DNA of 64,000 nt from Burkholderiales bacterium (GCA_036398235.1 DASWHI010000117.1:588-64587), one strand, 5' to 3'; counted from the stretch's first letter, positions 34,144 to 46,845 are shown. Notes: generated by a model from the letters alone, not told the origin. A program made the numbers and translations.

Positions 34144-34442
34144 CGCGCCCCCCCGCGCATACAACTGTAAACACCGAAACCGAATCGTGCCGCGGGGTTG
34201 CTGCCGGTTTGTAGTACCTGTGTAGTCGTTGGGTTTACACGACAATCCCACTGCGGCGCGCACTTAGCGCAGCCTGGTAGGTGCGTATGGTGTGGTGGGG
34301 TCTTCGGGCGTTAAAGAACGCCCGAAGAGCGTTTCCGTTGCCGACGCTTTAGCGTCGGCCGGCAGAGCAGCGCCGGGCCCTCTGTCCACTGGACGAATAC
34401 TGAACAATTGGGGCCAGGTTCAGATTTCTTCTCGCTCCTTCA

Positions 34443-34775
34443 TCACTTGCAATTTTTCAGCTGATTCGAATCCCAACTGCGCCGTAAGCTCCCCCATCGA
34501 GTAGACAGCTCAGAAGTAGACTGTTTCGCCGCAAGGCGCTCGCGGTATAGCGCTGGTGGCAGGCTTCCCAGCGAATCATGGGATCGTTCCTCGTTGCAGG
34601 TCCTGAGCCACTCGCGCGAGATCTGGCGCACATCGCGTAGATCGGCGAACACGTAGGCGTCGAGCACCTCGTCGCGGTAGCTGCGATTGAAACGCTCGCT
34701 GAACGCGGTGTGATCCGTGAATGGAAAGGGGACTAAAACGATGTCGCCGAAGCTATAGCTTGTCGTAGGCGGCAT
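34443..34775 (-). pseudogene. chimeric remnant: first 21 codons of a second MazF-like toxin fused to the C-terminal end of an IS3-family transposase (rve domain tail)
   Basis: [21 protein letters not shown] is followed by HTAFSERFNRSYRDEVLDAYVFADLRDVRQISREWLRTCNEERSHDSLGSLPPALYRE, the conserved end of DDE/rve transposases. No transposase N-terminal part is present. Confidence 0.7.
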
Positions 34776-35008
34776 CTTCTTCGTTGTCCCAGATCTTGGC
34801 AAATGCCGGCTCGGCTGCGCGGGCGGCAGTGCGCACCCTCGCGCGCTCCCCGTCCCGCGTGCACAGGAAATCGACAAAGTCTTCGACCTCAGCCACCCGT
34901 TCCGGGGGCAGGTTCTTGAGCTTCTCAATGAGCGTGTTCGGATCTCGCGTGTTCATGCTAAAGCCGTCAATGTGAGCCAGACATTCTTGTACTCCTTCAC
35001 TGGAAAAT
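34712..35008. repeat. ~296-bp direct repeat, copy 2
   Basis: Aligns with 31084-31379. Confidence 0.85.
34753..34956 (-). CDS. type II antitoxin, second copy (its partner toxin is disrupted)
   Basis: [67 protein letters not shown]. It is the same length as the 31120-31323 product, with several substitutions. Confidence 0.6.
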   Translation of the reverse strand: MNTRDPNTLIEKLKNLPPERVAEVEDFVDFLCTRDGERARVRTAARAAEPAFAKIWDNEEDAAYDKL

Positions 35009-35043
35009 CGACTCGATGCGGGGCCGCGCCATCGGTGCTGCCT
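34997..35043 (-). pseudogene. orphaned ppsR 5' stub (MARPR then out of context) with the right copy of the 27-bp direct repeat (35017-35043)
   Basis: The reverse strand reads ATG GCG CGG CCC CGC ATC GAG TCG ATT TTC CAG TGA. The first 5 codons are identical to the ppsR start. The native ppsR/ppsA divergent spacer follows at 35044-35111. Confidence 0.75.
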
Positions 35044-35111
35044 CATGCCTGGATTGCCGGTAAAATAACTGCTTTTCCCGCAATGCACAAACCGGCATCG
35101 CGTCCGCGGCC

Positions 35112-37505
35112 ATGAGCGGCTCCCGCCTGACCCTCGATTTCGCAAGTCTGCGCATGACTGACGTTGCAGACGTCGGCGGCAAGAACGCCTCACTCGGCGA
35201 AATGATGAGCCAGCTCGGCGGAGCCGGCGTGCGTGTTCCGGGCGGATTCGCAACGACGGCGCAGGCATACCGCGAGTTCCTGGCGCAGGGGGGGCTCGAT
35301 CAGCGCGTGGCGGGGCGGCTGCGCGGGCTCGACGTCTCCGATGTCCCGGCATTGACACGGGCCGGCGAGGAGATCAGGGGCTGGATCCTCGCGCAGGACT
35401 TGCCCCGGCAGCTACAGCTGGACATCGCAGCGGCGTACCGCAAGCTGGCGGATGGCGCCGGGGCGGAGGCCACGTTTGCGGTGCGGTCCTCGGCGACGGC
35501 CGAGGATCTTCCCGACGCCTCGTTTGCCGGGCAGCAGGAAACCGTGCTCAACGTGCACGGGCTCGACCCTCTTTACGTGGCGCTGAAGCAGGTCTTCGCG
35601 TCGCTCTACAACGATCGCGCCATCTCGTACCGCGTGCACAAGGGCTTCACGCACGGCGAGGTTGCGCTGTCGGCCGGTATCCAGCGCATGGTGAGGAGCG
35701 ACCTCGGGTCGAGCGGGGTCGCGTTCACGCTCGACACCGAGTCGGGCTTCGACCAGGTGGTGCTGATCACGTCCGCCTACGGACTGGGCGAGACAGTAGT
35801 GCAGGGCAAGGTCAACCCGGACGAGTTCTACGTCTACAAGCGCGCCTTGCGCGAGGGAAAGCAGGCGATCCTGCGCCGCGGCCTCGGATCGAAGGCGGTC
35901 AAGATGGTATACGCCGGCTCGCGGCAGGCGGGAACGTCGGTGACGACGGTGAGCGTGCCGGAGATCGAGCGACGCCGCTTCTCGCTGAGCGACGCCGAGG
36001 TCGAGGAGCTCGCGCGCTACGCGCTCGCCATCGAGGACCATTACCGGCGGCCGATGGACATCGAGTGGGGCAGGGACGGCCTCGACGGGAAAATCTATAT
36101 TCTGCAGGCGCGTCCCGAAACCGTGAAGGCGAGGGAAAAGCCCGACACCCTGCGCCGCTACCGGCTGAAGCAGCGCTCCGAGGTCCTCGCGACCGGCCGC
36201 GCCATCGGCCAGCGGATCGGAGCCGGCCCGGTGCGCGTGATCCTCAGCGCCGCCGAGATGTCGCGCGTGCGCGAGGGCGACGTGCTGGTGACGGACATGA
36301 CCGACCCGGACTGGGAGCCGGTGATGAAGCGCGCGGCGGCGATCGTCACCAACCGCGGCGGCCGTACCTGTCACGCCGCCATCATCGCGCGCGAACTCGG
36401 CATACCGGCGGTGGTGGGCTGCGGGGACGCCACCCAGGTGTTGAAGGACGGGCGCCCGGTCACGGTTTCCTGCGCCGAGGGCGATACCGGCTTCGTCTAT
36501 CGCGGCATCCTCGAGGCGGAGATCATCGACCTCACGCTCAAGGGCATGCCCAGGGCGCCGGTGAAGATCACCATGAACGTCGGCAATCCCGAGCTCGCCT
36601 TCGAATTCCAGCGCCTGCCCAACGAAGGCGTGGGGCTCGCGCGCCTCGAGTTCATCATCGCGCGCATGATCGGCGTGCACCCCCGGGCGGTGCTCGCCTA
36701 TCCCGATCTGGGATCCGATCTCAAGCTCGCGGTCGAGGAGCACAGCGCCGGCTACCCGGACCCGGTGACGTTCTACGTGGACAAGCTCGCGGAGGGCGTC
36801 GCCACGCTCGCCGCGGCGTTCTGGCCCAAGCCGGTGATCGTGCGTCTGTCCGATTTCAAGTCGAACGAGTATTCGGCCCTCACCGGCGGGGCGCGCTACG
36901 AGCCGCGGGAGGAGAACCCGATGCTCGGCTTCCGCGGCGCGGGGCGCTACCTCGATCCCTCGTTCCGGGAATGCTTCGAGCTCGAGTGCCGAGCGTTGAA
37001 GAAGGTCCGCGACGGCATGGGGCTCACCAACGTCGAGATCATGGTGCCGTTCGTGCGCACCGTGGCCGAGGCGCGGAAGGTGCTCGAGCTGCTCGCCGCC
37101 AACGGCCTGAAGCGCGGGGAGGGCGGGCTGCGCGTCATCATGATGTGCGAGCTGCCGTCGAACGCGATTCTCGCCGACCGGTTCCTCGAGCATTTCGACG
37201 GCTTCTCCATCGGCTCCAACGACATGACTCAGCTGACCCTCGGCCTCGACCGCGATTCGGGCGTCGTCGCGGAGCAATTCGACGAGCGCGATCCGGCGGT
37301 GAAGGCGATGCTGCATCTCGCGATCCAGGCGTGCCGGCGGGCGGGCAAGTACGTCGGCATCTGCGGGCAGGGGCCGTCGGACCATCCGGATCTCGCGAAA
37401 TGGCTGGTGGAGGAAGGCATCGAGAGTATCTCCCTCAATCCCGACACGGTGGTGGAGACCTGGCTCTACCTCGCAAAGGAGACCGCAGGAGCGCAGAAAG
37501 CCTAG
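35112..37505 (+). CDS. ppsA: phosphoenolpyruvate synthase
   Basis: 797 aa with [11 protein letters not shown] at the N-terminus, a phosphohistidine region ([24 protein letters not shown]) and a C-terminal PEP-utilising TIM domain. Confidence 0.95.
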   Translation: MSGSRLTLDFASLRMTDVADVGGKNASLGEMMSQLGGAGVRVPGGFATTAQAYREFLAQGGLDQRVAGRLRGLDVSDVPALTRAGEEIRGWILAQDLPRQLQLDIAAAYRKLADGAGAEATFAVRSSATAEDLPDASFAGQQETVLNVHGLDPLYVALKQVFASLYNDRAISYRVHKGFTHGEVALSAGIQRMVRSDLGSSGVAFTLDTESGFDQVVLITSAYGLGETVVQGKVNPDEFYVYKRALREGKQAILRRGLGSKAVKMVYAGSRQAGTSVTTVSVPEIERRRFSLSDAEVEELARYALAIEDHYRRPMDIEWGRDGLDGKIYILQARPETVKAREKPDTLRRYRLKQRSEVLATGRAIGQRIGAGPVRVILSAAEMSRVREGDVLVTDMTDPDWEPVMKRAAAIVTNRGGRTCHAAIIARELGIPAVVGCGDATQVLKDGRPVTVSCAEGDTGFVYRGILEAEIIDLTLKGMPRAPVKITMNVGNPELAFEFQRLPNEGVGLARLEFIIARMIGVHPRAVLAYPDLGSDLKLAVEEHSAGYPDPVTFYVDKLAEGVATLAAAFWPKPVIVRLSDFKSNEYSALTGGARYEPREENPMLGFRGAGRYLDPSFRECFELECRALKKVRDGMGLTNVEIMVPFVRTVAEARKVLELLAANGLKRGEGGLRVIMMCELPSNAILADRFLEHFDGFSIGSNDMTQLTLGLDRDSGVVAEQFDERDPAVKAMLHLAIQACRRAGKYVGICGQGPSDHPDLAKWLVEEGIESISLNPDTVVETWLYLAKETAGAQKA

Positions 37506-39272
<1,767 letters not shown>

Positions 39273-39331
39273 GGACCGCTACGGTGACCTCCCGCCCGCG
39301 ACGATCGCAGCCGGCGGCGCCGCAGCGCGGC

Positions 39332-40185
39332 ATGCGGCTCTCCCGCGCCACCATCGAGCTGTGCGGCTTCAAGGCCGGCCTCGACCAGCCGTTGTTCTTG
39401 ATAGCCGGCCCGTGTGTCGTGGAGTCGCGCGACCTCGCGCTCGACACGGCGGGCGAGCTCAAGGAGATATGCGCCGGCCTTGGCGTGCATTTCATCTACA
39501 AGTCGTCGTACGACAAGGCCAACCGGACGTCGCTCAAATCCTTTCGCGGCCTGGGAATGGACAAGGGGCTCGAAATTCTGGGCGAGGTGAGGAAGAAGGT
39601 GGGAGTCCCGGTCCTGACCGATGTGCACGAGAGCGAGGACATCGACGCGGTGGCGAGCGTAGTGGATGTGCTGCAGACGCCGGCGTTCCTGTGCCGGCAG
39701 ACCGATTTCATCTGCGCGGTCGCGGCCGTGGGCAAGCCGGTCAATATCAAGAAAGGCCAGTTTCTCGCGCCCGGCGACATGCGCAACGTCGTGGAGAAGG
39801 CAAGGGCGGCGAGCGGGCGCGACAACATCATGGTGTGCGAGCGCGGGGCTTCCTTCGGCTACAACAACCTGATTTCCGACATGCGCTCGCTTGCAATCAT
39901 GCGCGAGACCGGCTGCCCCGTCGTGTTCGACGCCACGCATTCGGTGCAGCTCCCGGGCGGGCAGGGTACCGCGAGCGGCGGTCAGCGCGAGTTCGTGCCG
40001 GTGCTCGCGCGCGCCGCGGTGGCGAGTGGCATTGCGGGGCTTTTCATGGAGACTCATCCCGACCCGGAGAAGGCGCTCTCCGACGGTCCCAATGCGTGGC
40101 CGCTCAAGCTGATGAAGCCGCTGCTCGGCACGCTGCAGGCGCTCGATGGCATGGTCAAGCAGCGCGGGTTCGCCGAAGACATGCT

Positions 40186-40189
<4 letters not shown>
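39332..40189 (+). CDS. kdsA: 3-deoxy-8-phosphooctulonate synthase
   Basis: [23 protein letters not shown], and [13 protein letters not shown] motifs. The start may instead be 39284. The TAG stop lies within the CTAG terminus of repeat A1. Confidence 0.9.
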
Positions 40190-41626
<1,437 letters not shown>

Positions 41627-41660
41627 TGGGTGCTTCCCGCTGCCCGTCGGCCATCACGTG

Positions 41661-41969
41661 ATGAGAGCGCTGACGCTCGCGCTAGCTGCCCTGATCGTGC
41701 TGATCCAGTATCCGTTGTGGCTCGGGAAGGGCAGCTGGTTCCGGGTGTGGGAAGTGGATCAGCAGATCCGCGCCCAGCGCGAGGCGAACTGGCGGCTGCA
41801 GGCGCGCAACGCGGGGCTTGAGGCCGAGGTGCGCGATCTCAAAGTCGGGCTCGACGCGATCGAGGAGCGGGCGCGCAGCGAGCTCGGCATGATCCGGCAG
41901 GACGAAATCTTCTTTCAGGTGCTGGAGGCATCGCCCGCGGCGGCGCCCGGCGAACCTGCCGCGCGCTGA
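41661..41969 (+). CDS. ftsB: cell division protein FtsB
   Basis: ~102 aa with an N-terminal TM segment ([17 protein letters not shown]) and a coiled coil. Sits in the eno-ftsB synteny. A GTG at 41658 is an alternative start. Confidence 0.85.
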   Translation: MRALTLALAALIVLIQYPLWLGKGSWFRVWEVDQQIRAQREANWRLQARNAGLEAEVRDLKVGLDAIEERARSELGMIRQDEIFFQVLEASPAAAPGEPAAR

Positions 41970-41970
41970 G

Positions 41971-42855
41971 ATGGCTGCCTCCGGGGCAACGGGCCCGGCG
42001 AGGGTCATCGACGGGGTGGCCGCGGCTCGCGAGGTCTACGCCCGGTTGAGGGAGCGGGTCGCCGCGCTTGGTCGCGTCAAGATCCGGCCGGCCCTCACCG
42101 CGGTGCTCGTCGGCGACAATCCCGTCTCCCGTATCTACCTGCGGAACAAGACGCGGGCGTGCGCGGAGGCCGGAGTCCGTTCCGAGGTGCTTGAGCTGCC
42201 GGCGGGTTGCCCGGCGCAAACGCTGCGCGCCACGCTCGCAAAGCTCAATGCGGATCCCGGGGTCCACGGGATACTGGTGCAGCTCCCGCTGCCGCAACCT
42301 CTCGATGCATCGCTGGTGGCGCAGTCGGTCGCGCCCGCGAAGGACGTCGACGGCTTGACCTGGCACAACCTGGGCGCCCTCATGGTGGGACAACCGTTGT
42401 TCGAGCCGTGCACGCCGCGGGGGGTGATGGCGCTCCTCGAGCGCGCCGCGGTCGAGATCGATGCGCGGGAGGCGGTCGTGGTCGGGCGCAGCCCGATCGT
42501 CGGCAAGCCGCTGGCGCTGATGCTGATGGCGCGCGGGGCGACCGTGACGATCTGTCACAGCCGGACCCGCGACCTCGCAGCGCACACGCGCCGCGCCGAT
42601 ATCCTGGTGGTCGCGGCCGGCCGGGCCGGGCTCGTGACCGGTAACATGGTGAAACCGGGCGCCGCCGTCATCGACGTCGGCATCAACCGCCTGCCCGGAG
42701 GCAAGCTCGCCGGCGACGTCGATTTCGCCTCGGTGCGCCCGGTCGCCGGCTGCATCACACCGGTGCCCGGCGGCGTGGGGCCGATGACGATCGCCATGGT
42801 CATCGCCAATACGGTTCTGGCCGCCGAGCGCAGCCTCACGCCAGGGGCGGCATGA
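41971..42855 (+). CDS. folD: bifunctional methylenetetrahydrofolate dehydrogenase / methenyltetrahydrofolate cyclohydrolase
   Basis: YLRNKTRAC, ILVQLPLP, VVVGRSPIVGKPLA, and PGGVGPMT motifs. Confidence 0.93.
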   Translation: MAASGATGPARVIDGVAAAREVYARLRERVAALGRVKIRPALTAVLVGDNPVSRIYLRNKTRACAEAGVRSEVLELPAGCPAQTLRATLAKLNADPGVHGILVQLPLPQPLDASLVAQSVAPAKDVDGLTWHNLGALMVGQPLFEPCTPRGVMALLERAAVEIDAREAVVVGRSPIVGKPLALMLMARGATVTICHSRTRDLAAHTRRADILVVAAGRAGLVTGNMVKPGAAVIDVGINRLPGGKLAGDVDFASVRPVAGCITPVPGGVGPMTIAMVIANTVLAAERSLTPGAA

Positions 42856-42870
42856 GCGGCAGGTCGCCGC

Positions 42871-43002
42871 TCAGCACGAAAAGGCGTTGGAGAAGTTGAA
42901 CAGGAACTCCGGGCTGAAATAACCCCGGAATCCCAGGTAGGCGACGACCGCAGCAAGCACGGCCAGCATTGCCCACAGGAGGAGGCGCGTGGATTGCGTC
43001 AT
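42871..43002 (-). CDS. hypothetical 43-aa single-TM protein
   Basis: MTQSTRLLLWAMLAVLAAVVAYLGFRGYFSPEFLFNFSNAFSC. Hydrophobic core and plausible ATG, but no recognisable family. Confidence 0.35.
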   Translation of the reverse strand: MTQSTRLLLWAMLAVLAAVVAYLGFRGYFSPEFLFNFSNAFSC

Positions 43003-43200
43003 GCGCACTTCAAGCACGGGTGCCGCCGCTCGCCGGATTCGGACCTTCATTATTGCATACCACGCTCGCACGCCCGTCCAGGATGACGGTGCGAGGCGCC
43101 GCAGTGTGGCGAGGGCGCATATGCACAGAACGGCAGGTTATGAAACCGCGCCCCGGCGGTTGATATAATTTTCAGTTTTTTAGAGGGTTGTCACGCGCAC

Positions 43201-46200
43201 TTGGCCTCACGCTCCATTCCGGCGGCGGGTTTCGATTGCACCTTCGACGAGCTCTATACGCGCGAGGGGCTGGTGAAACTCGACCGGCGCTTTCTCACGG
43301 GGTTGAGGGAGAGCGACGCCACCCTTCACGACCGGCTCGTGCATGCGCGCGGCAATCCCGCCGGGCTGGCGCCGAAGCAGGAATCGGAGCTCCTGCTTGC
43401 GCTCGCCCCGCATCTGGAACGGTTCGTCGCGCGCCTGTTCGGCATCGAGCCGGAAGTCCAGGCGCTTGCGGCGAAGCATCACGTGCTCGCGCCGCTCTAC
43501 CAGGTCAAGCGGCAGTTCGTGCAGCGCAAGGCGATGCACCGTTACGCGGCGCCGGAAGCGGCGGCCTTCGACGGCCCGGCGCTCGAGCGCGAGCTCGAAG
43601 CGGCATTCGGCGAGCCGTTCACCGAGCTCGCCTACGCGCGTCATGTCGCGCAGTGGCAAAAGGACGAAGCGGTGCACGCAACGCAACTCGAGCGCGCGCT
43701 GCGCTACGCGGCGTGGGCCGCGCATACGGAAGCAGGCAAGGCGCGCCGCGGGTCCGGTGTGCTGTTCAAGGCGCCGTCCAAGCTGGATCCGCGGCGGCTC
43801 GTGCCCCTCGTCAGCGATGAGTCTGCCGGTTACCGCAGCCACCGGCTCGCCCCGCACCACCTGCGGCGGCGCGACGGCTTCAAGTTGACCGATGCCGGCG
43901 CCGATCTGGTGCGCGCGCTCGACGAGGCGAACTACTGCATCTGGTGCCACGAGCAGGGCAAGGATTCGTGCTCGAAGGGCCTGCCGGAGAAGGGCGCGAC
44001 CGGGCGCGGGGCGGCTTCCTTCAAGAAAAGCCCGTTTGGCGTCACCCTGGCCGGGTGCCCGCTCGAGGAGAAGATCTCGGAGTTCCACCAGGCGAAAGCC
44101 GAGGGGCACGCCATCGGCGCGCTCGCGATCATCGTCGTGGACAACCCGATGGTGGCGGCGACCGGGCACCGCATCTGCAACGACTGCATGAAATCGTGCA
44201 TCTACCAGAAGCAGGACCCCGTGGACATCCCGCAGGCCGAGACCCGCACGCTCAAGGATGTCCTCGAGCTGCCGTGGGGCTTCGAGATCTATTCGCTGCT
44301 CACGCGCTGGAACCCGCTCAACGTGCGCGCGCCGTTTCCGAAGCCGGCAAGCGGCAAGCGCGTGCTGATCGCCGGCATGGGGCCGGCGGGGATCGCGCTC
44401 GCGCATCACCTGATGAACGACGGGCACTCGGTTGTCGGCATCGACGGTCTGAAGATCGAGCCGCTGCCGGAAGGTTTGTCGGGCAGCGATGCGCGCGGCG
44501 AGCGGGCGCCGTTCGAGCCGGTGCGCGAGATGGGGAGGCTCTTCGAAGCGCTCGACCGGCGCGTCATGGCGGGCTTCGGCGGGGTGGCGGAGTACGGCAT
44601 CACGGTGCGCTGGGACAAGAATTTCCTCAGGGTGCTGCGCCTCCTGCTCGAGCGCCGGCGCGAATTCGCCCTCTTCGGCGGCGTGCGCTTCGGCGGCACG
44701 TTGACCGCCGACGAGGCATTCGCCATGGGCTTCGATCATGTCGCGCTCGCCCTCGGCGCCGGGCGCCCGACCGTGCTCGACTTGCCGAACGGGCTCGCAC
44801 GCGGAGTACGGGCAGCGTCGGATTTCCTGATGGGGCTGCAGTTGACCGGCGCGGCGAAGACGGATTCTCTTGCCAACATGCAGCTGCGGCTGCCGGTCGT
44901 GGTGATCGGCGGGGGTTTGACCGCCATCGACACCGCCACGGAGGCCCTTGCGTACTATCCCCTCCAGGTGGAGAAGTTCCTGCGGCGCTACGAGCAGCTT
45001 GCGCGCGAGCATGGCGAAACCGCGGCGCGCATCGCATGGGATCAGGAGGAGCAGGGCATCGCGGACGAATGGCTCGCGCACGGACGGGCCTTGCGCGCTG
45101 AGCGCGCGCGCGCCGCTTCGGAAAGCCGCGAGCCGCGCATCCTCGAGCTGCTGCAGGAATGGGGCGGGGTCGTCATCGCCTATCGCAAGCGACTGATCGA
45201 CAGTCCGTCCTACACGCTCAATCACGAGGAAGTGCACAAGGCGCTCGAGGAGGGGATCCGGTTCGCGGAAGGCCTGGTTCCGCTGGCGGTGGAAGTCGAT
45301 GAACACGGGCACGCCTGCGCGCTCAGGGTTTCGGTGCGGCGGCGGGGCGACGACGGCGGATGGACGGAAGTATCGAGGGTCGAGCTGCCGGCCCGGACCC
45401 TCCTGATCGCGGCCGGCACCCATCCGAACACCGTGATCGCGCGCGAGGACCCGGAACACTACCGGCTCGACGGCGAGTATTTCCAGTCCTGCGACGAAAG
45501 CGGCGCGCCGGTTGCGGCGGAGCAGGCCATCTCCAAGCCGTCGCAGCCGCGGGTGCTGCTTGCGCGCCGCAATGACGGGCGCTTCCTGAGCTATTTCGGA
45601 GACGTACACCCTTCGTACTTCGGCAACGTGGTGAAGGCGCTGGGCAGCGCCAAGCAGGGCTACCCGGTGGTGAGCCGTGTGCTCGAGCGCGTCAGGCCGG
45701 CCTCGGCGCTGAGCGACCCGCAGTTCTTCGGCCGGCTGAACCAGGAGCTGCGGGCGACGGTGCACGAGGTGGTGCGGCTGACGCCGCTGATCGTCGAGGT
45801 CGTGGTGAAGGCGCCGGCCGCGGCGCGGCGCTTCCGGCCCGGCCAGTTCTACCGCCTGCAGAATTTCGAGATGCTCGCCCGGCAGGCCGAAGGAACGCGC
45901 CTCATGATGGAGGGCATTGCGCTTACCGGCGCCTGGGTGGACGCGGCGCGCGGCCTGATCTCACTGATCACGCTCGAGATGGGCGGCTCCTCGGACCTGT
46001 GCGTGCTGCTCAAGCCGGGCGATCCGGTGGTGGTGATGGGACCGACCGGCACACCCACGGAGATTCCGAAAGGCGAAACCGTCATACTCGCGGGGGGAGG
46101 GCTCGGCAACGCGGTGCTGTTCTCGATCGGACAGGCGATGCGGCGTGCCGGGAACCGCGTGCTCTACTTCGCGGGCTACAAGCACATGACTGACCGCTAC

Positions 46201-46731
46201 AAGCTCGGGGAGATCGAGGCGGCAGCGGACGCCGTGGTGTGGTGCTGCGACGAGGAGCCGGGCTTCACGCCCGACCGCCCCCAGGACCGGAGCTTCGTCG
46301 GCAACATCGTGCAGGGCATGCACGCGTATGCCAGCGGCGGCCTGGGCGAGCAGCCGATCCCGTTCAATGCGGCGGATCGCATCATGGCCATCGGCTCGGA
46401 CCGCATGATGGGGGCGGTAGCCCGCGCCCGGCACGACCTCCTCAAGCCCTATCTCAAGCCGGGCCACCGGGGCATCGGCTCGATCAATTCGCCGATGCAA
46501 TGCATGATGAAGGAGATCTGCGCCCAGTGCCTGCAGCCGCACGTGGACGAGATGAGCGGCAAGGTGAGCTACGTCTTCTCGTGCTTCAACCAGGACCAGC
46601 CGCTCGACCGCGTGGACTGGACGGCGCTCGATGCGCGGCTGCGCCAGAACTCCGTGCAGGAAAAGCTTGCCGCCGAGTGGATCGACCACTGCCTGGTCGG
46701 GCTCGGCGCGCGCGACATGCAGCGCGTGTAG
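43201..46731 (+). CDS. large multidomain Fe-S flavoprotein: unassigned N-terminal region, GltD-like NAD(P)H/FAD oxidoreductase, and a PyrK/FNR-like C-terminal module
   Basis: Cys clusters CIWCHEQGKDSC and ICNDCMKSC. Dinucleotide fold (VLIAGMGPAGIALAH; VVVIGGGLTAID). The C-terminal FNR-like part has ILAGGGLGNA and a [2Fe-2S]-type C...CAQC...C cluster. The TTG start is uncertain. Confidence 0.7.
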   Translation: MASRSIPAAGFDCTFDELYTREGLVKLDRRFLTGLRESDATLHDRLVHARGNPAGLAPKQESELLLALAPHLERFVARLFGIEPEVQALAAKHHVLAPLYQVKRQFVQRKAMHRYAAPEAAAFDGPALERELEAAFGEPFTELAYARHVAQWQKDEAVHATQLERALRYAAWAAHTEAGKARRGSGVLFKAPSKLDPRRLVPLVSDESAGYRSHRLAPHHLRRRDGFKLTDAGADLVRALDEANYCIWCHEQGKDSCSKGLPEKGATGRGAASFKKSPFGVTLAGCPLEEKISEFHQAKAEGHAIGALAIIVVDNPMVAATGHRICNDCMKSCIYQKQDPVDIPQAETRTLKDVLELPWGFEIYSLLTRWNPLNVRAPFPKPASGKRVLIAGMGPAGIALAHHLMNDGHSVVGIDGLKIEPLPEGLSGSDARGERAPFEPVREMGRLFEALDRRVMAGFGGVAEYGITVRWDKNFLRVLRLLLERRREFALFGGVRFGGTLTADEAFAMGFDHVALALGAGRPTVLDLPNGLARGVRAASDFLMGLQLTGAAKTDSLANMQLRLPVVVIGGGLTAIDTATEALAYYPLQVEKFLRRYEQLAREHGETAARIAWDQEEQGIADEWLAHGRALRAERARAASESREPRILELLQEWGGVVIAYRKRLIDSPSYTLNHEEVHKALEEGIRFAEGLVPLAVEVDEHGHACALRVSVRRRGDDGGWTEVSRVELPARTLLIAAGTHPNTVIAREDPEHYRLDGEYFQSCDESGAPVAAEQAISKPSQPRVLLARRNDGRFLSYFGDVHPSYFGNVVKALGSAKQGYPVVSRVLERVRPASALSDPQFFGRLNQELRATVHEVVRLTPLIVEVVVKAPAAARRFRPGQFYRLQNFEMLARQAEGTRLMMEGIALTGAWVDAARGLISLITLEMGGSSDLCVLLKPGDPVVVMGPTGTPTEIPKGETVILAGGGLGNAVLFSIGQAMRRAGNRVLYFAGYKHMTDRYKLGEIEAAADAVVWCCDEEPGFTPDRPQDRSFVGNIVQGMHAYASGGLGEQPIPFNAADRIMAIGSDRMMGAVARARHDLLKPYLKPGHRGIGSINSPMQCMMKEICAQCLQPHVDEMSGKVSYVFSCFNQDQPLDRVDWTALDARLRQNSVQEKLAAEWIDHCLVGLGARDMQRV

Positions 46732-46737
46732 CGAGGG

Positions 46738-46845
46738 CTAGTGCCGTTCCAACTATTTACGAGTAATCGAGTGAGTCCCGTAAATCCAGACGCCACGGGC
46801 AGGGAAGCAGCTCGAGCTTGGCGAAACAAGTTGGAACGGCACTAG
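46738..46845. repeat. 108-bp TIR element, family A, copy 2
   Basis: Same termini as copy 1. Lies between convergent genes. The aminotransferase stop codon (46842-46844) is inside its right CTAG terminus. Confidence 0.85.

Larger units (their letters stand above)
30787..35016. mobile_element. ~4.2-kb accessory insertion between ppsR and ppsA (TA modules, RHS-core toxin cassette, IS fragment)
   Basis: Bounded by the perfect 27-bp direct repeat. The content is non-core, the right half looks lower in G+C, and an IS3-type transposase remnant is present. No integrase is visible. Confidence 0.75.

Noticed and set aside
34462-34476. gattcgaatccc motif resembling a tRNA T-loop, considered as a tRNA or tRNA-derived att site
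   Set aside because: The flanking bases cannot form a T-stem on either strand, and no acceptor or anticodon arms can be drawn. The motif lies within the transposase-remnant reading frame.
34292-34504. 70-aa ORF (+ strand) in the island's non-coding stretch
   Set aside because: It runs through two perfect hairpins and into the antisense of the transposase remnant, and it has no RBS. Judged non-coding.
30787-35016. Interpreting the island as a prophage remnant, integrative element with integrase, or T6SS effector locus
   Set aside because: No integrase, phage structural, VgrG, PAAR, Hcp or two-partner-secretion genes are present in the island or elsewhere in the window. Only an IS3-type transposase tail is visible, so those labels are unsupported.
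43207-45765. 852-aa ORF on the - strand. Similar long antisense ORFs: 35412-37385, 37539-39194, 53637-55412, 55367-57553, 17638-19233, 19515-21155, 6274-7572, 40385-41551 and 62424-63638.
   Set aside because: Each is antisense to, or out of frame with, a gene that has unmistakable conserved motifs. The translations are Arg/Pro/Ala-rich with no motifs. They are high-GC artefacts.
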